The notes under the pieces: generated by a model
Database searches by the model: none
Told to the model about the DNA's origin: nothing
Seen by the model: only the letters and a program-made list of their open reading frames with translations
Program-made: the position numbers and the translations under genes
From: Antedon mediterranea
Taxonomy: Eukaryota > Animalia > Echinodermata
Length of the DNA stretch: 64,000 bases
Direction of reading: 5' to 3'
NCBI RefSeq assembly: GCF_964355755.1
Contig: NC_092676.1
Span: 4,131,888 to 4,195,887 of the forward strand
Part shown: in pieces, positions 50,501-62,500 of the stretch
How positions within the stretch are numbered: position 1 is the stretch's first letter
Layout: each line of letters opens with the position of its first letter

Positions 50501-53500
50501 AACAAATTTTAATTTTTTAAATATTATATAATAATTCAAAATAAATTTTTATTGTAAATGTCACAATAAAAATATCATTATAACAAATAATACTAAAACT
50601 AAATAATTAGTATTTGTTTATGTAGTGATTTTGTTTTATGAGAATAACAATTATTAAAATAGGAATATATTTTATATTTTAACATTAAAATATTGATACA
50701 ATACAATGCATGCATTGTAGGATCAATTGTAATAATGGACTAATCATATGTACCTTATGATTTCATGATTATTTACAGTAAAAAGAATTTTAAAGTCAAC
50801 ATTATTTTTATTTGTAATTTATCCACCATGATTGAAGTATATATTTTTGTAAGATATAACAATTGAAAGTGAATCTGTATTTAATACATAATAGATAATA
50901 CATTTATTATATGGTTGCTATCAAACAATTACATTTGGTGAAGACATTTTATTTTAAGAAATTAAGTTATTAAATTATATTTACCACATTTTTATAAAAC
51001 TGACAAAATGTTTCTAAGTAGGCCTAATCAATATTTGTTTATGTACATTTTTGTTTATTTTAACAAAATAAGTTATTAAAATATACATTTGTATTTTAAC
51101 ATAGTATATTTTGACATAACTAAAGTACATACAATAGAGTACATGCAGTATAACTACCGGTACTGTATAATGTACAGGAATGTAGACATTTCAACATTTG
51201 AGGTGACAGAAAAACTAAAATAATTTAAAAACAGCTTGGATATTGTGATTTACTTATACTGTGCATTCTTTTTACTTTTAAGGAATTTGAGATGGAACCG
51301 AATAAGTACATTACAAGCCAATGCATTTGCTGGTTTGACAGCATTGGAAAAACTGTAAGTGTATTGCTTATGTTTGCTACTTTTACAATTTGGTTTTAAT
51401 CTAGAAATTAAATTACAAATTATTTTGAATTGTTGATTAAGCAATTATAATGGATTAATATTATTACATAATTTCACAATTTGTGATTGTATAAAAAAAT
51501 ATCTTTATAAATCACTAGTTTTTAGTTCATCCACCATGAATGAACTTTATTTTTGTGTACATAATAATTCTGAATTAATCTTAAATGTAAAATTTCACGA
51601 TGTAAATATCATTATAATGATTGTTATGCTAAATAATTATTATTTGTTTATGTAGTGATTTTGTTTTATGAGAATAAAAATTATTAAAATATAAATATAT
51701 ATTTTATATTTTGACATTAAAATGTTGATACAACACAATGCATCCATTGTAGGATCAATTGTAATAATGGAGTAATATGTACTTTATGATTTTCTATAAT
51801 TTCACAATTTGTGATCTTATAAAAAAACTTTAAAAATCAATAGTTTTTTGCTCGTCCAACATTAACAAACTTTATTTTTTTGAATAATATTATAATAATT
51901 CAAAATACATTTTTATTGTAACTGTCACAATATAAATATTATTATAACAAATGTTACTAAATAATTAGTATTTGTTTATTTAGTGATTTTGTTTTATGAT
52001 AATAAAAATTAATAAAATAAAAATATATATTTTGACATTAAATATTGATACAATACAGTGCATGTATTATAGGATCAATTGTAATAATGGACTAATAATA
52101 TGTACTTTATGATTTCATGATTATTTACAGTAAAACCAATTTTAAAATCAACATTTTTAAAATGTATCCACCATGATTGAACTATTTATTTTTGTAAGAT
52201 CTAACAATTGAAACTGAATCTGAATTACATATAGATAATACATTTATTATATGGTTGCTATCAAACAATTTGAATTTGTTGACATTTTGTTTTCAGAAAA
52301 TATGTTAATCAAATAAATTTACAACATTTTTATTTTAACATAGTATATTTTGACATAACTAAAGTACATACAATAGAGTACATGCAGTATAACTACTGTA
52401 TAATGTACAGGAATGTAGACATTTCAACATTTGAGGTGACAGAAAAACTAAAATAATTTTAAAACAGCTTGGATATATTGTGATTTACTTATATTTATTA
52501 CCAGCCAATGCATTTGCTGGTTTGACAGCATTGAAAACACTGTAAGTGTATTGCTTATGTTTGCTTACTTTTATCAATTTGGTTTTAATTTAGAAATTAA
52601 ATGAAAAATTATTTTACATTGTTGGTTAAACAATGATAATGGATTAATATTATTTATAAAATTTCACAATTTGTGATCTTGTAAAAACAAACTTAAAAAA
52701 TCAATAGTTTTTTGCTCATCCAACATGAATGAACTTTTTATAATATATAATATTTCAAAATGATTTTTTATTGTAAATGTCACAATATAAATATATTTTT
52801 GTAAATCAACAATTTCAGCCGTCGGGCTGCATGTTTTTTATTATATAAACCTGAATAAATAAATAAATAAATTATTACAATTGATCCTACAATACATGCA
52901 CTGTATTGTATAAACATTTTAATGTCAAAATATAAAATATGTAATCACTACATAACAAATACTAATTATTTAGTATAACAATCATTATAATGATATTTAT
53001 TGTGAAATTTTACAATTAATATTATTTTTAATTATTATGTATTACAGAAAAATAAATTTCATTCATGTTGGATGAATTAAAAACTAGTGATTTATAAATT
53101 TATTTTTTATAAGATCACAAATTGTAAAATTATGTAAATTATGTAATAATATTAATCCATTATCATTATACAGTTGTTGTACTGCATGTACTCTATTGTA
53201 TGTACTAGTGATGTCACAATATGATATGGGTAAATAAAAATGTATATTTTAATAACTTATTTTATCAAAATAAAATGTCTACAAAAAATTAAAATGTTTT
53301 GATAGCAACCATATAATAAATGTATTATCTATATGTAATACAGATTCGGTTTCAATTGCTATGTCATGGTGGATAAATTTAAAAATTGTTGATTTTAAAA
53401 TTAGTTTTACTGTAAATAATCATGAAATCATAAGGTACATATTATTAGTCCATTATTACAATTGATCCTACAATGCATTCACTGTATTGTATAAACATTT

Positions 53501-56500
53501 TAATGTCAAAATATAAAATATATATTTATATTTTAATAATTTTTATTCTCATAAAAAAAATCACTACATAAACAAAATACTAATTATTTAGTAACATTTG
53601 TTATAATGGTATATATATATATATGGAAACACAAATATTTAAAAAAATACCAAAATTTATACAAAATATAAAAAAATTTGAAAAATTCAGTTAAAAAAAT
53701 AAAATTATGTTAAAAAAATTACAAAATTTATATACAAATGCATAGGCCTATATATGTAAATATTTATAACATAGCCATCTTCAGCGTGATCAGTTTAGGT
53801 ACTGTTTAAATTAAGGATTCTACTTATAGTAAGGGCAGGCGAGGTCTTAAGACGGTTAGTTCTACAAACAGGTATATTAATTAGGGGTTTATGGACTAAT
53901 ATGTACTTTATGATTCCATGATAATTATTTACAGTAATTTTGTTTTAAGAAAATAAGAAATAAGTTATGAAAATATATTTACAAAAGTATATTTTGACAT
54001 ACTAAAGTATACAATAGATGGATTACATGCAGTATAGTGTATTTACTGTACTACAATTTAGTTTTAATTAAAAAGGTAAATTAGAAATTGTATTTTACAT
54101 TGTAGAACAATTATAACAAAATATTTAATATATAATTTCATTATTATGTGATTATAAGTTTAAACCCCACCTCACCAAAAAAAACCACAAACAACTGGTT
54201 TTTCGTATATGATAATATAGGCCTAATAAATCAAATATCAATTTTCAGTTGTTATTTTACAATATAAATATCATTTAAAATATCATTTAAGTTAATTTTA
54301 CTACATTTAGTATTTGTTTACTTTAACCAGAAAACAAACAAAAATAAAAGGGATAAATGCAGTGTTTATATTACCGTAAATCAATAGATAATTGGCAACT
54401 AACTTAATTAACTGCTAAAGCCCAAACTAGCAAGACCATAATGTGCATTATTTATCATATACTGTGTATTTTTTATCATTTAAGGTGGTTCATGAATGGT
54501 AACCAAATACACACATTGGAAGCCTATGCATTTGCCGGTTTGGAATCATTGACAGAACTGTGAGTATTTTTTCAATACTTGTACAAACTTCCTTATTTTT
54601 AAAAGAAACTTTATTTATTGTTGTTTTAGAACTATTCTAATTACTAGATGGTACGCTTGCTTCGCTCGCGTACCATCTAGGTCGTGCCCACAGATGGTTC
54701 TCGAATACATAATAATTTCAGCGTTAAAAAACTGGCGATTTCAAATGTACGTACCGCAGGACAATAATGTCGTTTACAGGAACGGATAAATAGACACTGT
54801 GATTTATGTACTAAACTAAAATTAGCACCCTGGGATTTACTTCCGAAAGAGAAACTTGTCACAAAATGAGACCAATTGTTTAAGTCAAATTTAAACAAAC
54901 TTAATTTGTGTTTTATATGTAACATTAGGGTTGAGGGATGGAAGAGGAACAATTTTTAAATATATTCTTTATCCATTTAGTAACGAAATATTAATTGTTT
55001 TCATGTTTTACAAATAATGTACCACTAAACCATGGAGGTATTTATACCCCCATGACTAAACACAAGTAAAACATTGCGATGTAATACTTTGTTGAAACTA
55101 TCACCGTCCTAGTCGATTGAAAAGTACAGTACGTATAACGATACATCACTACGACGTGTATATGTTTATATAATGTAAAACAATTTGTGAAAACCACCTC
55201 TATTCGGGGCAAATCATAAATTCGATTTAATCGTCAATAAATATTAAATTATCTAACTCAACTTAATTAGTAGGCCTAATGGTTTTCAATTGTTTCTTAG
55301 AGCTAATTCATACTTAAGTTGGTTCCTACCCTACCCACCAAAGTTGTTCTGCGTTTAGGGCATGTGATGCACTGTAGGCCTATCCTCTACTAAACATTCT
55401 AGAAATAACGCGCTATTTACCGAATTTTGCCCTTACGTAAATTTATATATAGATTCCAGTTGATACTGTATGTCATACTGCCCTAATATTGCTGTAACAC
55501 CGGTGCCAATCAATTTACATCTAACAACATGAATTATATTATTGTTTATATACATGAAAATTTTATTCAAAGATCTCTTTTGTCAATACATTTTTTATTA
55601 ATGAAAATTTACAATCATACAGTATCAAAACAACTTGGATGTATATGATTTTAATTACTATGAATCATTTTATTTTGAAGACGTTTGAATGGTCACAAAA
55701 TCAGTACATTGCCAGCTAATGCATTTAATGGTTTGACAGCATTGACAACACTGTAAGTGTTTTATTTAGTTCATAATACTTTTATAATTATTTTTTTTAA
55801 TTATACATTTTAAAATAAAATTTAATGAGAAAAAAGATAGATGCTGTTAATTTTACTCATTTGTTCTTTAGAATGGTTCCGAAACGTTGATCTTTTTTTG
55901 TCATTACATTTTATTTTAAAGTTATGTAGTAAACGTCTCTTAATTTGTAATTATGAATTCCTTTTTAAATTATAGTTAAATGTAAATCATGCAATTTTCT
56001 AAATGCAAATTTTAATGTAATGGTCCTATAGAGTAATTGTTTCACTTCATTTAATAATTAATATTTGATTAAAACTCCGAACAATGGGTCTTGATGTCCC
56101 CTTAAGGAGGTCCAGTAATATCATTTTCAGTATTTCTATCAAAATTATATTTACTGTCAAAAAGTATTTAGGTAACCGGTTACGGGATTATAAATACATG
56201 AAAAACCCCTTATTGTCAAAAATTGTCTGTGTGCCTATGGTACAGTAATATACGTTTATACAAATGTATTGATTTGCAATGAATGGAACATTCCAAATTA
56301 TTTGGTTTAACCATACTTGCATACCTCTATGGTTTAACACAAGTAGGTAAATTGATAGACCCTTGGAGAATAAACAGAAATAGTACTGTAATGCTATACA
56401 ATACTGCAAATAGGTATTAACCACTTTTGATCGCCATTTGAATCAAAAGTGTGTTGTACTGTTAGATATAATATAAACAAATATACTAATAAACTTTATC

Positions 56501-59500
56501 ACTTATTATAAACACATAATAATATAATACTTTATTACTGTCAGTTGTTTCTCAACGTTTGTATTAATTAATAATTACAAAAATATAAACGTATTAGTGG
56601 TCTTTAAATGTACTTTACTATTTCAATCGACCATGAGACAGTGACAGTTTATAAAGTATTAAATCGGAAATGTTTTACTCTAATTAGTGGTATATTATTT
56701 ATAGTATTAAGTAATGAAGGAAGAAAGTTTGTGGAAACAAACATATTGAATTTGAATTTAAATAATAGGTGTTTAAGACTATCTTCTGTTAGTTGAGGAA
56801 CATAGATTTAAGTATTTTTAAAAATTGTATTTATTTTGTTAATGCAAATTTTTAGAATTGTTAATTATACAAAAAAAATTGTTTTTTTTTCCTGTCCTCT
56901 TTTGGAAGTCTGTTTAATAAAAGGCCAAGTAATTAAATAGAAAAGACACACAAAGACTTTTGGGCGAGTGTCCGTTATGAGAGTTGTCCATTTACGAATG
57001 GTGTCCACACAGGGAGTTTTGGACCATTACTTAGGAAAGATAAAGCATCAAACTTTACAGTTTATTCTTTATTCTTTGTAGAAGGTTGGACGATAACCAA
57101 ATAAGGAAATTGCCAGCAAATGCATTTAATGGTTTGACAGCATTAAAAAAACTGTGAGTGTATCTCAAATTTATCCCAATTCATTAATTTACGTTTTAGA
57201 ATAATGACAGATTCATATTATTTAGTTTATCATTTCATAATGTGATCTTGTAACAAACAATTAATGAGAGGCAATGATCACCCAAGATCCATGAAATAAC
57301 ACCTTTGTACCAATAGGGTTACATGCTCTAGCATAATTTTAAAGGAAAAAAATTCACAAGAAAAGTTTAAGACTAATTAGCCGTGGATGGAAGAAGAAAT
57401 ATAATCAGAAAAATAAAGGGGTAAACACAGTGTTTATATACGGTAAGGTGTAGAAATCAATAGATAATTCACAACTAACTTAACTGCTCAAGCGTAAGCT
57501 AGCAAGACTATATACTATGCATTATTTATTATTTAAGGCGAATGAATGGTAACCAAATACACACATTGGAAGCCTATGCATTTTCTGGTTTGGAATCATT
57601 GACAGAACTGTGAGTATTTTTTCAATACTTCACTTTACCAACTTTCTAATTTCAAAAGAAATTGATTATTGTTTAGAACCATTATAATGTCAAATTATTC
57701 CAGTTAATACTGAATGTCATATAGACTGCCCTAACAAACATTGAGTAAACAGTGTCAGTCAATGGAATTACAATGAACAACATGAATTATATTGTGATCC
57801 TTTTGATTCCAAGATATTTTTTGTCACAAAAAAAGAAATAATGACATTTTACCATAATACTGTATCAAACAACTACTATATATATATATATATATGATGT
57901 ATATATTATATGATTTTCCTTAGTATGAATTATTTTATGTTGTAGTCAGTTAAGAAAATAATATCATAAAGTAGTTAAGTGTACTGTAGATTTGAATCCA
58001 ATTTGTTTGCTAAATATAAACGAAATATTTAACAAAGACACTAAGTTAGGGAAGGGCCGGACATATTGATAACCTTTGTAAAAATACAAAGAAAACAAAT
58101 AGGTGTTTTATATAAACTAAGATATTTGGTTTCTTTTAAAATAAATATTAATTTTAATATATAACTTCTTTATTTTACCGTTATTATTTATGGTATAGAA
58201 GTCTGGGGAAACACTCATATAATGTTACATTTTCTGATTTCATTTTATATAATTGTTTAAACAACTTAATATTATAGATGTTTAAAAGTTATGTTATATG
58301 TTTTGTGTTTTAATTATTATCATTTGTATTTATTATTTATATGCTATATTCATTTAATAACTATATCGGCGTCTATTAAAAAATTATTTATGTGTTACAT
58401 TTCGAAGGCCAAATCTCGCCAACCGAAAGCTTTTTATTTAGTCGTTTTGTCAAATAAGTAAATCATGTAATTATTATTATTTTACATTTTGTAAAAAAAG
58501 TCAAAAAGACTATGCATTATATTAAATAAAATAAACAGAAGGGCGTGAAAGATTACTGCAATTTTTGACTAAAAATCATGATCCTAATACATTAAAAGTT
58601 TTAATTTCTTTTGTGAGTTGTTGAAGCTTCCATAACATGAACAAGTGTTCGTTGCTATAGGTGTTTAGACAATCTCCTGTTAGTTGAGCAACATAGATTT
58701 AAGTAGTTTTAAAAACTGTATTCATTGTGATAATGCAAGTTTTTAGAAGTTAATAATACAACAAAAAATGTTTTTTTCCTGTCCTCTCTTGAAAGTCTGT
58801 TTCAATTATTAAATAATAAATTATTTTACATTGTTGGTTAAGCAATGACAATGGATTAATCACAATTTGTGGCTTATAAAAGATAATTTTTAAAAATCAC
58901 AGTTTTTAGTTCATCTATCATGAATGAACTTAATTTTTTTTTTAATTATTCCAAATCATTTATCCCCAAGTCAATTACAGTTTTCAACAACACCATTACT
59001 AGATACTTTGGTTCTGTTTAAGTAAATTGTTGTGTACTAGATGGTACGCTCGCTTCGCTCGCGTACCATCTAGGTCGTGCCCACAGATGGTTCTCGAATA
59101 CATAATAATTTCAGCATTAAAAAACTGGCGATTTCAAATGTACGTACCGCAGGACAAATACATGTCGTTTACAGGAACGAATAAATAGACAATTTGATTT
59201 ATGTACTCAACTAAAATTAGCACCCTGGGAATTACTTCCGAAAGAGAAACTTTTCACAAAATGAGACCAATTGTTTAAGTCAAATTTAAACAAACTTAAT
59301 TTGTGTTTTGTATGTAACATTAGGGTTGAGGGATGGGGAAGAGGATGGGTGCAAAGAGGAACAATTTTTAAATATATTCTTTATCTATTTAGTAACGAAA
59401 TATTAATTGTTTTCATGTTTTACAAATAATATACCACTAAACACAGTAAAACATTGCGATGTAATACTTTGTTGAAACTATCACCGTCCAAGTCGATTGA

Positions 59501-62500
59501 AATAGTACAGTACATGTAACGATACATCACTACGACGTGTATATGTTTATATAATGTAAAACAATTTGTGAAAACCACCTCTATTCGGGGAAAATCATAA
59601 ATTCGATTTAATCGTCAATAAATATTAAATTATCTAACTCAACTTAATAAGTAGGCCTAATGGTTTTCAATTGTTTCTTAGAGCCAATTCATACTTAAGT
59701 TGGTTCCTACCCTACCCACCAAAGTTGTTCTGCGTTTAGGGCATGTGATGTACCGTAGGCCTATCCTCTACTGGTTTTACAACGCTACTCATGCCAGTGA
59801 GAGAAGGGTGATGATGTGGGTGGTTTAATTGCAATAATAAAGATTTGTACATAATATACGGCGAGTGAAAACTCTAGCTCATTATCCGTTTAAAAAAAAA
59901 TGTATATCCAACCACTGCAGCACAGATTGAAAAAAAAAATGGATCGAATTTCTGTTATGAGTATACAGTACTTGCCTTTACGACGCCTGAGGGAATAGAC
60001 ACTTGAGGAACAGAGATTGGAATGTTCCATTCATCGCAAATCAATACATTTGTATAAACGTATATTAAATCTATCAAAATAATATTTTTTAAAGAAAATC
60101 GGCCTTTCTTCAACATTATGATGCTGTACTCGAGCTGTTCAACCGGTTTTCAGCTATTAAAAACAATTATCGTAGGAGGAAATAGGAAAATGCGAAGCAT
60201 CCTCGTATTATTGTGTGCGGGTATTTTTCAAGACGGAAATCCATTAGACAGTGTATACCACGATCGAAAAACACCCCTATTTGGGGCAAATCGTTGAACC
60301 TAAATTCGTTTTAATCGTCAATAACTAATTATCGAACTCAATTTAATTAGTAAACAGGGTTACATCAAGTGGTTAAAATCAGTACCGAAAGTACGAACCA
60401 ACTTTATATACCATCGAGTAAACATTCTAGAAATAACGCGCGATTTACCAAATTTTGCCCTTACGTAAATTTATATATAGATAACGTTTATGTGTAGTTT
60501 GTATAGCGTGTATAATGTTCTCATATATTTATTCATTTCTTAAAATAGTGTACAAAAAAAAACAGATTTCTGATTTGTTTTATTGAATCCAATTAATGCT
60601 GTGAGAGCAGCGAATTATTAATGTTATTATAAAGCAATATGTAGAGACAGCAGACTTTCTTCATCGGCATAATACTACTACTGTAGTTGGAAGCAGGAGT
60701 ACTTGTTACTCAGTATAACATTTTGATTTTCAATCATTCTGGAAGTATCCATTCATAATGTAATAATAATTTTACATTGCAGGTTAAACAACTATAACAA
60801 TAGATTTAATATTATTATATAATTTTATTATGTGATTTTATAACAAATTAGTTACAAAAAAAAAACCCAAAAACAACCGGTTTTTAATTAATTCATAATG
60901 AATTATTTTTATTTTTTTGTAAGATAGGCCTAATATAAATATAATTTAAGTGAGATTTTCTACATTTAGTATTTGCTTATGTAGTGATTTTGTTATCAAA
61001 TTATAAATATATTTTTTTAATATTAACAATTACTTTGTATTTCTCTTACTTTGAAGGATATTGCACATCGGGCAAGTCATTGGATATCGGTATTTTTTTT
61101 AAAAATTATTCTTATGAATTTCTTTTGATTAATAATTCATTAGTTCAATATATGTACTGCAAAAATGAATTCATATATGCCATGCAGTTGTTTGAAATGT
61201 TTAATTTTGATAACACATCTAAGTATAGCATTTAAATATTTCCATTCCGTTCAGGGTTAAGTGGTACTACTATCACTACAGTTTTCCTTAAAACAAATTA
61301 GTTTACGGCCATTGCGGCTCTTCTCCACGTTCAAACATTTGAGAGACATCTATTTATTTCCTTTGAGACTTATTATAGGCTAACATTGGCAGAATTGTAA
61401 ATTGTTATAGAAATTTGTCTTGCGACATCAACATAAAGTCTAAAAAAAGCACAAAAAAAATAAGTGTAATGACAAATATGCTTAATTTTGTATAAAATTT
61501 AAAGTAATTGAGTAAACAATTTTTTCTTTCCTTTTCACAACATAATTTAGGTGGCTCTGAGAACAAATTTGTAATTGTTTACTTATAATATTAAATATCA
61601 ATGAATAAATGAATGTGAACAAAACAAGGCTATCAAATTAAATTAATGAAATCACTTTTTCTAAACCTTAAACCTATTCTTAAAAAAACAAGGCCAACAT
61701 CCATTAAGTCGCGTGCTACAATGCATAGTGATACCGGACCGACCGACAGACCGACCGACCGGCATAGTGAACAATAGAGTCGCGTCCACGCGACTAAAAA
61801 GGCATAATTTTGACGAATTTTTGAACTTTTTCATCAAAAACGTGCGCAAATTATCCAATTCGACGTGCTCGTATGACGTAATTTTAAGTCAAAACTGTTT
61901 AAAAGTTGGTAAAATTATTAGAAAAGGCTGCAAAAACATAAATCCCGCGAAAAAAGTATGTATTTAACGCTACGTGCGCACCGCGCGCGTAAACATTTGC
62001 GCGCGTATGGGAATTTTTGACATGCTCAAAATGACAAGAAACGCGTAGAAAGTTGATTAAAAATTAATTTTGCGCATTTTAAAATTTTAAATGCGCGCGC
62101 GCGCGTAACTTTGTGTAAAACACACATTTTTTTTCAACAGAAAGTTAGCGCCTGATATGAATTAAACTTTTGCAAAGCTTCAATTTAAAATGTTATTTGG
62201 TTTTTGCCCTATGTTTAATACGAGAAAATCGTTAAATCGCGCGTAAATCACGTTGCGCAACTCTAACGTCATTCAAAATAGGATGTCCACAATTTCACGT
62301 AAATGCCCACATGTTGACAGTTCAAAAAGTACAGAAAAGCAATAAAACCCATAGTAATACCGGACCGACAGACCGACCGACATAGTGAACTATAGAGTCG
62401 CGTCTACGCGACTAATAAACTTGCCTAACATTATTCAAATTGCTTCTTATACTTCTACCTTTTTACTAATTCATTTCTTATACTAATGTATAATCTTGTT

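Larger units (their letters stand above)
46680..54330. repeat. Tandem exon-plus-intron duplication array (~0.8-1.2 kb units), including an inverted unit at ~52871-53610
   Basis: A near-identical ~180-bp block (ttttaacatagtatattttgacatcactaaag...gcattctttttacttttaag) precedes each LRR exon; intron sequence appears reverse-complemented at 52871-53610. Confidence 0.88.

Noticed and set aside
49876-51444. Minus-strand ORFs in the LRR array
   Set aside because: Antisense to the + strand LRR exons and introns, with no protein-like features.
61057-61090. Possible additional LRR exon after tttgaag (ILH...)
   Set aside because: It follows a degenerate intron unit but lacks the NxIxxL...F..L consensus and the 72-nt length; at most a remnant.
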